From Verrucomicrobiota bacterium (GTDB lineage Bacteria; Verrucomicrobiota; Verrucomicrobiia; Limisphaerales; UBA11358): a DNA stretch of 64,000 nt. Shown here one piece after another: positions 17,944 through 27,509 of this stretch. A program made the position numbers and the translations under genes. The first letter of the stretch is position 1. The number at the start of each line of letters is the position of its first letter. The stretch lies in assembly GCA_049516255.1 (NCBI GenBank), contig JBEKTH010000005.1, positions 7,798 through 71,797 on the forward strand. The letters are read 5' to 3'. The notes below the pieces were generated by a model. The model saw only the letters and a program-made list of their open reading frames with translations, ran no database searches and was not told where the DNA came from.

Positions 17944-18153
17944 GCCATCAGTGTACCTGAAATTTATTTACTAACAATAAACTTGGGTGATATTCCCAAA
18001 AGATGTTCCGTCTTTGCCAAAATCCGCGAAACGGCGTGGTCACGTCACCGGCTAAACAACTTTGCTAAACCTCCCCATTAACTCCTGCAAGGTATGGCGA
18101 AATTTTGACAATAACCGTGTAGTGCCCGGCGCATCCCGGTTTTAGAGTGCCTT

Positions 18154-19071
18154 GTGAGAATTGTGGAAGAACCAAAGACCAGACCCTTGACGGGAATCGG
18201 GCAACCGGAAAAGAAAAATCACATCCCGGCGCGTGAAGCCGCGTTTGACCGCCCGCGTGATTTTCTCAACAACCGCTTTGTCTACGCCGTCATCTCGTCC
18301 CGCGCGCACGGGCTGTCGTTGGGGGTGAACATGAACCCCGACAAGCTGTGCAACTTTGACTGTCTATACTGCGAGGTGGATCGCCGCACGCCGTCCGCGG
18401 AAACGACTTTGGACGTGGGCGTCATGGGGGAGGAACTCCAGCGGACGCTCACCTATGTGCTGCAGGGCCGGTTGCATGAACGCCCGCACTACCAGTCGTT
18501 GCCGACCGAGCTGCTGCAGTTGCGCCACGTGGCGTTGAGCGGCGACGGCGAGCCGACCCTGGCGCCGAATTTTGCCGAAGCCCTGCAGGAAGTGATTCAT
18601 GTCCGGGCGCTCGGCGGCTTTCCGTTTTTCAAAATCGTCCTGATCACCAATGGCACCGCCCTGGACCGTCCGCAGGTGCTGGAAAGTCTCAAACGTCTCA
18701 CCAAGTCGGATGAAATCTGGGTGAAGCTCGACGGCGGCACGCAGGATTATTTGAACAAGGTGGACCGGCCCACCGTTCCGTTGGACAAGGTGCTGGCCAA
18801 CATTCTGGCGGTGGGCCGCCAGCGTCCGGTGGTCATTCAAAGCCTGTTCCCGGCCATCAACGAAGAGGAGCCGTCGCTGGAACAGATCGAACAATTCGCG
18901 CAGCGGCTCAAGGAATTGAAGGTCCGGGGCGCCCAGATTTCCCTCGTGCAAATTTATTCCGCCGCGCGGCCCATGTCCCACGCCGAATGCGGACACCTGC
19001 CCTTGAAGACGCTGTCGCACATCGCACAACTCGTCCGCCAGGTCACCGGCCTGAAAGCGGAAGTTTTTTGA
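18154..19071 (+). CDS. Radical SAM protein, function unknown
   Basis: CNFDCLYC (CxxxCxxC) cluster motif near residue 68 of the 305-aa ORF. Confidence 0.7.
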   Translation: MRIVEEPKTRPLTGIGQPEKKNHIPAREAAFDRPRDFLNNRFVYAVISSRAHGLSLGVNMNPDKLCNFDCLYCEVDRRTPSAETTLDVGVMGEELQRTLTYVLQGRLHERPHYQSLPTELLQLRHVALSGDGEPTLAPNFAEALQEVIHVRALGGFPFFKIVLITNGTALDRPQVLESLKRLTKSDEIWVKLDGGTQDYLNKVDRPTVPLDKVLANILAVGRQRPVVIQSLFPAINEEEPSLEQIEQFAQRLKELKVRGAQISLVQIYSAARPMSHAECGHLPLKTLSHIAQLVRQVTGLKAEVF

Positions 19072-19142
19072 GGCCGCGTTCGGAAAGCGGAACGCAATGT
19101 CGCCGGGTCTCGGATGTTGTCACCGGGTTTTCCTCTCGCCAA

Positions 19143-19191
19143 TCCCGGACCCCGGACGCGAAGTCCCAAACGCTAGGCCCAAAACTCCGCC
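19143..19191. repeat. Possible degenerate heptad tract (TCCCGGA CCCCGGA CGCGAAG TCCCAAA CGCTAGG CCCAAAA CTCCGCC)
   Basis: Period-7 pattern seen by eye just downstream of the patatin gene stop. Weak. Confidence 0.3.
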
Positions 19192-19199
19192 GTGGCGCG

Positions 19200-20069
19200 T
19201 CATCCCTCCCGCTTGGCCTGTTCCAGCGCCTCATCGTGTCCCAGGGCCAGGGCGGCCTCGATGCGTTTTTGCTCGATGGTGAAGGAGCCGACGGGCAGCG
19301 GCCGGAGCGGGCTGAATACCTGGATGCGCACACCCGTTGGCGGGTGCTTCATCAGATCGAGCGCGTCGTTGTAATTGACATTTTGCCGGGCGGTCCAGAC
19401 CCGGGCCACCCGGGGAAATTTCGGGTAGGCAACCCGCCCCAGCCAGCGCGGTATCGGTTTGAGCTGGAAGGTCAGTTTATGCGTGAGCACCACGGTGATG
19501 TCCGTGGCGCCATCCAGGATCGCGCGCCGGACGGGAATGGGGTCCGCCACCCCGCCGTCGGCAAACGGATGGCCGTCCACGAAATCAAACCCCCGCGTCG
19601 CGAGGGCCAGGGAGGAAGTGGCGCGGAGGGCGGCAAAGACCCGGTCATCACAAACGCGGAAATAAACCGGCCTGCCGGTGTGACAGTCCGTTAACACGAT
19701 GAAAAAGCGGGTGGGCGTCTTTTGCAGCGCTTCAACCGAAAGCGGAACGTGTTGCCGGATGACATGGTCCACCAGGTAGGCGAGATCGATGATGGGTTTA
19801 TGGTGGAGAAAATTGGCTTTGCGCACCACCTTGCTGGCCAGTTCGCGCCAGATGGTCAGACCCGGTTCCCACAGGCCGGCGACAAAATAAGCCGCCGAAC
19901 AGGCGCCGGAAGAAGCCGCGTAGACGAGATCGTATTGCCGACGCCCGGTCTCATGCAGAAAGGCCAGCACCCCGGCCGCCCACGCCCCGCGCATGGCTCC
20001 ACCCTCCACAATCAACGCCGTTTTGCGCTGACTTCCCCGTCCGACGATTCCCGCTGTCGGTAACAACAT
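19200..20069 (-). CDS. Patatin-like phospholipase
   Basis: GGAMRGAWAAG oxyanion motif, ASSGA serine motif and FADGG aspartate motif. Confidence 0.8.
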   Translation of the reverse strand: MLLPTAGIVGRGSQRKTALIVEGGAMRGAWAAGVLAFLHETGRRQYDLVYAASSGACSAAYFVAGLWEPGLTIWRELASKVVRKANFLHHKPIIDLAYLVDHVIRQHVPLSVEALQKTPTRFFIVLTDCHTGRPVYFRVCDDRVFAALRATSSLALATRGFDFVDGHPFADGGVADPIPVRRAILDGATDITVVLTHKLTFQLKPIPRWLGRVAYPKFPRVARVWTARQNVNYNDALDLMKHPPTGVRIQVFSPLRPLPVGSFTIEQKRIEAALALGHDEALEQAKREG

Positions 20070-20298
20070 GCATTTCCTTTCACCACTGACCGATTTCCGT
20101 TTTCTCCCGGCGTCATTTTTCTTTCAGCTTTCCACCCTCTGGCGCGGCGGAGTGAAGCAGAGACGGCTCCACTTCCAACGTACACCCGAACCTTTGGGAC
20201 ACAAATGATATCTGGCCAAATCCGGACGTTGCAAATTGTGAGTGCAAGCGCCTGCTGTTGGAGACGCCGTTGCACATCACTAAAATCTTGCGCCGGGG

Positions 20299-20326
20299 TT
20301 GACAGCGCGCGGTCGGTGCGTAATGT
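20299..20326 (+). promoter_or_regulatory. Candidate sigma70-like promoter for the pirin gene (TTGACA, 16 nt spacer, TAATGT)
   Basis: Hexamers at 20299-20304 and 20321-20326, about 40 nt upstream of ATG 20368. Confidence 0.3.
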
Positions 20327-20367
20327 TTCCGCGGCGGTCGCATTATAACTGAATCCGGGAGAACACC

Positions 20368-21273
20368 ATGTCCATCCGACCCATCAAGCGTTTGATCAAG
20401 GCGAAGCCAACCCTCGAAGGCGCGGGCGTGCATCTGCGCCGCGCGTTCGGCTTCGGCAACACGTCCGATTTTGACCCCTTCCTCCTGCTCGATGATTTCC
20501 GCAACGACATTCCGGACGATTATCTGGCCGGCTTTCCGTGGCATCCGCATCGCGGCATCGAAACCATCACCTACGTCCTCGCCGGCACCGTCGAGCACGC
20601 CGATAGTCTCGGCAATCGCGGGGCCATCGCCCCCGGCGACCTCCAGTGGATGACGGCGGGCCGCGGTATCATTCACCAGGAAATGCCCAAGGGCGACCCG
20701 CTCGGCCGCATGCACGGATTCCAGTTGTGGGCGAACCTGCCGTCCTCGCTCAAAATGACCGCGCCGCGCTATCAGGAAATCAAGGCGCTGGAAATTCCCG
20801 AGGTGACCGAGGACGACGGCACGCAGGCCCGGATTATTTGCGGCAGTTTTTGGGGCAAACGCGGCCCGGTGGAGGGCATTGCCGCCGACCCGACCTACCT
20901 TGACGTGACCGTGCCGCCCGGCAAGCGCAAGCGGTTGCCCGTCGAGAAGACGAGCCATGCCTTCGCCTATGTTTTTTCCGGCAGCGGCAAGTTCTGCAAC
21001 GCGTCCGCTCCGCTGGCGGTGCCGACCGAAAGCCTCGGCTGGGCCGACACCGCGCTGCCCACGGAGGCTGACAATCGTTCGCTCATTCTGTTTGACTCCG
21101 GCGACGACGTGGAAGTGCAGGCTGGCGAGGACGGCATCCGGTTTCTGCTCGTATCCGGCAAACCGCTTCAGGAACCGGTGGCATGGTACGGACCCATCGT
21201 GATGAACACCCAGGCCGAACTGCAACAGGCGTTTGAGGAATTGCAAAAGGGGACTTTCCTGAAAAAAACCTGA
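20368..21273 (+). CDS. Pirin family protein
   Basis: HPHRGIETITYVLAG cupin metal motif; 301 aa. Confidence 0.85.
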   Translation: MSIRPIKRLIKAKPTLEGAGVHLRRAFGFGNTSDFDPFLLLDDFRNDIPDDYLAGFPWHPHRGIETITYVLAGTVEHADSLGNRGAIAPGDLQWMTAGRGIIHQEMPKGDPLGRMHGFQLWANLPSSLKMTAPRYQEIKALEIPEVTEDDGTQARIICGSFWGKRGPVEGIAADPTYLDVTVPPGKRKRLPVEKTSHAFAYVFSGSGKFCNASAPLAVPTESLGWADTALPTEADNRSLILFDSGDDVEVQAGEDGIRFLLVSGKPLQEPVAWYGPIVMNTQAELQQAFEELQKGTFLKKT

Positions 21274-21422
21274 GCCGACAAAATACTTTGACACGGATTT
21301 CACGGATTAACACGAAATAAACCGTGAACCATGTGGACCGCGTTTCCCTGGACGGAACAGGTGTGGACGGCCTGCCCTTTAAGGTTGTTTTCTCAAGCCG
21401 GAGGTGAATAAATGAAGCGCGC

Positions 21423-24400
21423 ATGATTCAACGCAACATTCCCCTCGTTCCCGTATGGACGCGTCGCACCCTGATGGTCGCATCCGGCATCGCCGCGGCG
21501 GGGGCGGGAATGATCCTCCTGATGGCAACGGCGCGGGCGGATTCGATCGAGGACGGCTTTCGTCATCCGCCTGATTCTGCAAAGCCGCAGATTTGGTGGC
21601 ATTGGATGAACGGCAATATTACCCGGGAAGGCATCACCGCGGACCTTGAGTCCATGAAACGCGTGGGCATCGGCGGGGCGACGATTGTCAACGTGGATTG
21701 CGACATTCCGCCGGGGCCGGTGAAGTTTATGAGCCCGGAATGGCGCGCGATGATGCGGTACGCGGCCCAAGAGGCGAACCGATTGGGACTGGAACTCTGT
21801 TTGGAAAACTGCGCCGGTTGGTCCAGCAGCGGCGGTCCCTGGAACACTCCGGAGCACGCCATGCAACGCGTCACCACCAGCGAACTGAAGGTGAAAGGCC
21901 CGATGCATTTCAGCGCGGTGCTGCCTGCACCCCCGGTCACACTCGGCTTTTACCGCGACATTGCCGCGCTGGCATTCCGTACCCCAAAAGGCGAAGCCGT
22001 TGCGGGGGAACCGGCCGCGATTGAAGACCTTGACGCCAAGAGTGGTGCGAATGGGCAGTTTGTTTTGTCTTCACCCGCCGCTGACCACGCGGCAGCGGAC
22101 CAGGTCGTGCCCCGCACCAACATCGTGGATCTGACCGATGAAATGCACACCGACGGCCACCTCGAATGGGACGTGCCCGCCGGGGATTGGACCATCGTGC
22201 GCCTCGGGCACACACCCACGGGCGTGGAGAATCATCCGGCCCCGGTGGAAGGCACCGGCCTGGAATGCGACAAGTTCAGCCGGGAAGCCCTGGACGCGCA
22301 TTGGGCAGGGTTCGTCCAGAAAGTCCTCGACGACCTCGGGCCGCTGGCCGGCAAAGGGAAGACCTTGAACAATGTGCTCATCGACAGTTATGAGGTGGGC
22401 GGACAGAACTGGACGCCCCAATTCCGGTGGGAATTTGAAAAGCGCCGGGGCTACGACCCGCTGCCATTTCTGCCGACGCTGACCGGCCGGGTGGTGGACA
22501 GCCCGGAGGTGTCGGAACGGTTTCTTTGGGACTTGCGGCGGACAATCGCGGATTTGTTTGCCGATGACTACTACGGTCATTTTCAGGAACTTTGCCATCA
22601 GCATGGGTTGAAGGCCGCCTTCGAGCCTTACACCGGGCCCTTCGAATCGTTGCAATGCGGCGAGGCGGCGGACATTCCCATGGGCGAATTCTGGGCCGGC
22701 GGCGCACCGGACCCGTCCGTCAAACTCGCTTCTTCCGTCGGTCACATCTTCGGTCAGCCAATCATCGGCGCCGAGTCCTTTACCGCGGCGCCCGGCCCGC
22801 AACACGGACGCTGGCTCGACGATCCCTATTCGCTCAAGGCCCTGGGCGACGAGGTCTTCTGCCAGGGCATCAATCGATATATCTTCCACCGCTTTGCCAT
22901 GCAACCGTGGACCAACCGCTGGCCCGGCATGACCATGGGCCAGTGGGGCACGCACTTCGATCGCACCTCCACCTGGTGGGAACAGGGCCGCGCCTGGCTT
23001 CAGTATGTCACCCGCTGCCAATACCTCCTCCAGCAGGGCCGCTTCGTGGCCGACGCCGCCTATTTTTGCGGCGAAAGCGCCCCGGTCGAAACCCGCGCCG
23101 GCGACCCCGCCCTGCCGGCCGGTTATGACTATGACGACGTCAACGCGGACGTCCTGCTTCACCACGCCGCGATGCAGGACAACCGGCTGGTGCTTGACAG
23201 TGGTATGAGTTACCGCGTGCTCATCCTGCCGCCGTCCGACCCGGACATGACGCCGGACCTGCTCCGGAAACTGGCGGGATTTGTCGCCGACGGCCTGGTC
23301 GTGGTGGGTCGGCCGCCCCGGGCTTCGCCGAGTCTCGAAGGATATCCGGCCTGTGACGTTGAGGTGCAGGAACTGGCAACCCGGATCTGGGGCGACGGCG
23401 ACGGCCGGACCGTTACCGAACACACGTTCGGCCGCGGCCGGGCGGTTTGGGGCCGAAGCCTGGTCCAGGTGCTTGGCGACCTGAACCTGGAACCGGACTT
23501 TGCATACCCCGCGCCGGACAACGCCCAGCTCGACTACATCCACCGACGCGATGGTGCAACGGAAATTTATTTCGTCTCCGATCAGCGAAACCAGTTTGAC
23601 ACGGTCGAGTGCAGCTTCCGCGTCCAGGGACTGCAGCCGGAACTTTGGAACCCGGAGACCGGCGACATCCAGACGGCGCCCGTCTGGCGCGAAGAAAACG
23701 GTCGGACCGTGGTCTCCCTGTCCTTTGGACCATCGGGTTCGGTGTTTGTCGTGTTCCGCGCCAAAGCACAGGGCGACCATCTCGTCGCCGTCGAGCGTGA
23801 CGGGCCCCCGGTTGTCGAAGCGACGGAGCCGGCGGTGGATTTGCGCATTCTCAAGGCCGTTTACGGGGTCGTCCCAAGTTGGAGCGACGTGACCGCCACG
23901 GTCAAATCCCTTGTCGCCGGCGGCGCGCGTCAGATTCCCGCCAGCAACGACATGGCAGGAGACGACCCGGCCCCGAATATCGTCAAGCAATTGCGCGTGA
24001 CCTATAGCCTGAACGGCCGGTGGCAAACCAATGAGGTGACGGAAGGCCAGGCCCTCGAGCTCCCGGCCGGTGCGGAGGTGAAGCAGGCCCTCTACGGTCG
24101 GTTACCATCGTCATCCAACCAGGGCGACCAGCAGTTGGACCTGACCGCGAAACTCTCGGCCCGGGTCAAACACGGTGCGTTGAGTGTTCGCATCGACAAC
24201 GACTTCGCGGGCGGTGATCCGGCCATCAACGATTTCAAGGAACTGGGGGTGGATTATACCGTCGATGGCATTCGCAAGCGCGCCACGATTCCGGAACATG
24301 AAATGTTGACCCTGCCCGAAACCACGCTTCCCACCGGCGCCTGGCGGCCCTACGTTTTCCTCGCCGGAACGAATCAAATCCGGTTGCTGGCCCTGGCGCC

Positions 24401-25034
24401 GGGCAGGTTCACGCTGCATTGGGCCTCCGGTCAAAAGACCAGGGCCCGGTGCCATTCCGTGCCCGCGCCGTTCGTGATTGGCGGGCCTTGGGAAGTCAGC
24501 TTCCCGCCCGGATGGAACGCGCCGGCCAAAACCACATTTGCGGAGTTGTCATCCTGGACGGACAACGCGGATCCCGGCGTGAAATATTTCTCCGGCACGG
24601 CCACTTACTCCAGGGTATTCGACCTGCCGGCGGACCTGCCCGGTTCCCGGCGCGAACTGTGGCTCGATCTGGGCGCGGTCAAAAATCTGGCGGAAGTCTC
24701 GCTGAACGGAAAATCCCTCGGCATTCTCTGGAAACCGCCGTTCCGGGTCAATGTGACCGCCGCAGCCCGGCCCGGGCGGAATACGCTCGAAATCAAGGTC
24801 ACCAACCTCTGGCCCAACCGTCTCATCGGCGACGAGCAGCTTCCGCCGGACTGCGAATGGAATGGAAAAGCATTGAAAAGCTGGCCGCAATGGCTGCTGG
24901 ACGGCAAGCCCAGTCCCACCGGCCGCGTCACCTTTACCACGTGGCATCACTGGGGCCCGGACGCAAGCCTGCTGGACTCCGGCCTGCTCGGACCGGTGAC
25001 GGTCCACGCCGCTGAGGAAATCACCCTCCGTTGA
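21423..25034 (+). CDS. Large secreted glycoside hydrolase (GH106-like N-terminus, C-terminal GH2-type sugar-binding jelly roll)
   Basis: Signal peptide, FRHPPDSAKPQIWWHWMNGNITREGITADLESMKRVGIGG, and C-terminal YFSGTATYSRVFDLP ... LEIKVTNLWPNRLIGD. The family call is from motif memory only. Confidence 0.6.
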   Translation: MIQRNIPLVPVWTRRTLMVASGIAAAGAGMILLMATARADSIEDGFRHPPDSAKPQIWWHWMNGNITREGITADLESMKRVGIGGATIVNVDCDIPPGPVKFMSPEWRAMMRYAAQEANRLGLELCLENCAGWSSSGGPWNTPEHAMQRVTTSELKVKGPMHFSAVLPAPPVTLGFYRDIAALAFRTPKGEAVAGEPAAIEDLDAKSGANGQFVLSSPAADHAAADQVVPRTNIVDLTDEMHTDGHLEWDVPAGDWTIVRLGHTPTGVENHPAPVEGTGLECDKFSREALDAHWAGFVQKVLDDLGPLAGKGKTLNNVLIDSYEVGGQNWTPQFRWEFEKRRGYDPLPFLPTLTGRVVDSPEVSERFLWDLRRTIADLFADDYYGHFQELCHQHGLKAAFEPYTGPFESLQCGEAADIPMGEFWAGGAPDPSVKLASSVGHIFGQPIIGAESFTAAPGPQHGRWLDDPYSLKALGDEVFCQGINRYIFHRFAMQPWTNRWPGMTMGQWGTHFDRTSTWWEQGRAWLQYVTRCQYLLQQGRFVADAAYFCGESAPVETRAGDPALPAGYDYDDVNADVLLHHAAMQDNRLVLDSGMSYRVLILPPSDPDMTPDLLRKLAGFVADGLVVVGRPPRASPSLEGYPACDVEVQELATRIWGDGDGRTVTEHTFGRGRAVWGRSLVQVLGDLNLEPDFAYPAPDNAQLDYIHRRDGATEIYFVSDQRNQFDTVECSFRVQGLQPELWNPETGDIQTAPVWREENGRTVVSLSFGPSGSVFVVFRAKAQGDHLVAVERDGPPVVEATEPAVDLRILKAVYGVVPSWSDVTATVKSLVAGGARQIPASNDMAGDDPAPNIVKQLRVTYSLNGRWQTNEVTEGQALELPAGAEVKQALYGRLPSSSNQGDQQLDLTAKLSARVKHGALSVRIDNDFAGGDPAINDFKELGVDYTVDGIRKRATIPEHEMLTLPETTLPTGAWRPYVFLAGTNQIRLLALAPGRFTLHWASGQKTRARCHSVPAPFVIGGPWEVSFPPGWNAPAKTTFAELSSWTDNADPGVKYFSGTATYSRVFDLPADLPGSRRELWLDLGAVKNLAEVSLNGKSLGILWKPPFRVNVTAAARPGRNTLEIKVTNLWPNRLIGDEQLPPDCEWNGKALKSWPQWLLDGKPSPTGRVTFTTWHHWGPDASLLDSGLLGPVTVHAAEEITLR

Positions 25035-25112
25035 TTCTCCGAGGCAGAACGCTCCGTTCGCCGCGGGTCCAATTCACTTTAACCGCCACTTGTCGCGCCG
25101 GAATGGAGTGAA

Positions 25113-25145
25113 GGCGGAAGGCGCCAAGAACGCCAAGGTGGGGCG
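25113..25145. repeat. CGCCAAG-type short repeat (GGCGGAAGGCGCCAAGAACGCCAAGGTGGGGCG)
   Basis: Reverse-oriented relative of the repeats at 26768, 27293 and 30631. Confidence 0.6.
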
Positions 25146-25231
25146 CCCGTCCTCTCCATCCTCCGTCGAGCCTGACTTAAATTCAGCCCTTGGTCTGTCT
25201 GCCGGGCCATCGCGAAGCACGGCGGGAGTGT

Positions 25232-25942
25232 TCAACCTTCAGATCTCATTTGCGGGCCCCGACGGCGCAAACACAAGGCGAGGCTGCCAAGGCAAAGAAA
25301 AACCAGCGGGGACGGCTCTGGTACCAGTTGGTAATTGATCGAAAAGGCCATATTGATTGGGGCTCCGCTCCAGGACAGCGCGAACAGGTCGTTAATACCA
25401 AGGTGGTAACCGGCCACATCGTAATACTGTCCATCGGTGTAGGCGCCATTCCCGACCGCGCCGACAAATGTGTTATAAGCCGCGCTGGTTGTTACAAAGG
25501 CGTTGGGTGAGAGAAAGAGAACATACTCCTGGCCCTGATTCAGTATCAGGTTGTTCGGCGTCAGGGTAAAGGTCTGCCAATTGTTTCCTCCGGCAACCAG
25601 GGTACCGCTCAAGTACAACAAAGAACCCGTTGGCTGTGTGCCATTCCACGCGGCCACGCCGACTTGAAAATCAGCCGCGGCCGCCTCGGCGTAAAGTGGG
25701 AAGGAAATGCTGCTGACAAGGGCATTTCCGTTATTGATGTGGAATGTCTGACCGACGGTAAGGTCCCCTCCACCCGTGTCTATCCCAAATCCGGTAAGTG
25801 CCGAGCCGTACCAACTGCCCATGTCGCCGACCGTATAGATAACCGCCTGGCACGGTTGCACTGTGAGCAGCAACCCAACAACCGTAACCGCTGCTGGAAT
25901 GACAAGCCGTTTAATGCCTCGACCATTAATTCCGACCTTCAT
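25232..25942 (-). CDS. PEP-CTERM sorting-domain protein
   Basis: N-terminal signal peptide. C-terminal VPEPSPLVFLCLGSLALCLRRR, i.e. PEP motif, TM helix and basic tail. Confidence 0.85.
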   Translation of the reverse strand: MKVGINGRGIKRLVIPAAVTVVGLLLTVQPCQAVIYTVGDMGSWYGSALTGFGIDTGGGDLTVGQTFHINNGNALVSSISFPLYAEAAAADFQVGVAAWNGTQPTGSLLYLSGTLVAGGNNWQTFTLTPNNLILNQGQEYVLFLSPNAFVTTSAAYNTFVGAVGNGAYTDGQYYDVAGYHLGINDLFALSWSGAPINMAFSINYQLVPEPSPLVFLCLGSLALCLRRRGPQMRSEG

Positions 25943-26303
25943 GAGTTCGTATCAAAATTAGCAAGTCAATTTGACCGAGTCAAGAAGTTTGGCGTGGACA
26001 CACTCCGGGACCAACCCTTTTGATCAACCCTCAACCTTTAGCCACCATTCCCGGCCGCTTTTTGCGCCACTGCCTGGAGCGACTGGGCCGGTTTTCCAAC
26101 GACCCCTTCGGTGTCCGGGCACCGATGCCATGCCGGTTTGTTATAGGAGCTCCCAGATGCCGGACGCCACAGCCTGCCTCGCCGAAGCGGAGAGCGCGAA
26201 GGTGGTACCCAAGACCCCCGGATACCAGACCCCAAAAGACCCCGGACGCCAGGCATTGGACCCCAAAAAGCTGGCACGAGATATGCGATTTAGGCCCAAT
26301 TAT

Positions 26304-26711
26304 ATGGTAACGATGACGAACCAGACGACGACCCAGCGCAATGGCCGGCAGAGACACATACTGGTGGTGGACGACGAACCGCTCGTCAGCTACACCATCC
26401 AATTACTGCTCCAGGGCGACGGTTATGCCATTGACCGGGCCAATAGCGGCGCCGAGGCACTGGCCAAGTTCGAGCCCGGCAAGTTCGACATGATTTTCAC
26501 CGACTACTCCATGCCGGAGATGAAAGGCGACCAGTTGGCCGCTGCCATCAAGGAGCGTTCACCCAAACAGGCCGTCGTCATGATCACGGCCTTTCCGGAA
26601 AAGCTTCAATCGTCCGCCTGCGCCCTCGGTGGCGTTGATTCCTTCATCTGCAAACCGTTCGAGGTTGACACCCTGCGGGCGGCCATCGCCAAATACGGTC
26701 CCGCCGCCTGA
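26304..26711 (+). CDS. Single-domain response regulator (receiver only), copy 1
   Basis: Start at ATG 26304 inside ORF 25971..26711. HILVVDDEP ... DMIFTDYSMPEMKG ... ITAF ... KPF receiver motifs. Confidence 0.85.
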   Translation: MVTMTNQTTTQRNGRQRHILVVDDEPLVSYTIQLLLQGDGYAIDRANSGAEALAKFEPGKFDMIFTDYSMPEMKGDQLAAAIKERSPKQAVVMITAFPEKLQSSACALGGVDSFICKPFEVDTLRAAIAKYGPAA

Positions 26712-26767
26712 ATCGGGAGAGCGGTTTACCGCAAAACACGCCGAATTTGGTTTCCTCCTATGGAAGA

Positions 26768-26807
26768 CAGATTTCGCGTTCCTGGCGCCTTGGCGGTTAA
26801 AAAATCC
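26768..26807 (+). repeat. CTTGGCG-type 3' repeat (CAGATTTCGCGTTCCTGGCGCCTTGGCGGTTAAAAAATCC)
   Basis: Closely resembles 30631-30668 by hand alignment. Confidence 0.7.
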
Positions 26808-26835
26808 AAAGAACTGGTATGGATTATGCGTTTGC

Positions 26836-27225
26836 ATGGGGACGATGATTAAACGCACTGACCGGCAAAGACACATTCTGGTTGTGGACGACGAATCGCT
26901 CGTCCGCCGGAGCGTCCATATTCTGCTCCAGGGCGAGGGACATCTCGTGGACGTGGCCCGGAGCGGCGCCGAGGCGCTGGCCCTGTTTGAGCCCGGCAAG
27001 TTCGACATGATTTTCATCGACTATTTGATGCCGGAGATGAGAGGCGATGCGTTGGCCGCGGCCATCAAGAAGCGTTCACCCCAGCAGCCGGTTGTGATGC
27101 TTACGGCCTTTATTGAAAAATTTCAGTCTGCCGATTGTCCCCCCGGTGACGTGGATTCCTATATCGGCAAACCCTTCGCGCTGGAGGCCCTGCGCGCGGC
27201 GATCGACCGCTACGCTCCCGCTTGA
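26836..27225 (+). CDS. Single-domain response regulator (receiver only), copy 2 (tandem paralog)
   Basis: Start at ATG 26836 inside ORF 26629..27225. HILVVDDESL ... DMIFIDYLMPEMRG ... LTAF ... KPF; collinear with copy 1. Confidence 0.85.
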   Translation: MGTMIKRTDRQRHILVVDDESLVRRSVHILLQGEGHLVDVARSGAEALALFEPGKFDMIFIDYLMPEMRGDALAAAIKKRSPQQPVVMLTAFIEKFQSADCPPGDVDSYIGKPFALEALRAAIDRYAPA

Positions 27226-27235
27226 AACCCCTGCC

Positions 27236-27335
27236 GGTTGAAGGTTGAAAGTTGAGTGTTGAGTGTTGAAAGTTAAAACGGCTCGTCGATAGCCTCGCCC
27301 CACCTTGGCGTTCCTGGTGTCTTGGCGGTTGATCC
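27236..27335 (+). repeat. Composite repeat: GTTGAAG-type heptads (27236-27281) plus a CTTGGCG-type repeat (27293-27335)
   Basis: GGTTGAA GGTTGAA AGTTGAG TGTTGAG TGTTGAA AGTTAAA, then CCTCGCCCCACCTTGGCGTTCCTGGTGTCTTGGCGGTTGATCC. Confidence 0.8.
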
Positions 27336-27509
27336 AGATCAATTGCTGTTTTAAACCGCAATGAAACATGCTATTTTATTGGCAATGAATCCCCGGTCTT
27401 TTTCAGGTTCCGTCGCCGGCACGGCTCAATGGAAAGCAGCCCGCGGGTATCGAACTTTGAGCATTGACCAAAACCTCATCAACCCTGCCTTAAACCTTCG
27501 ATTCGACTT

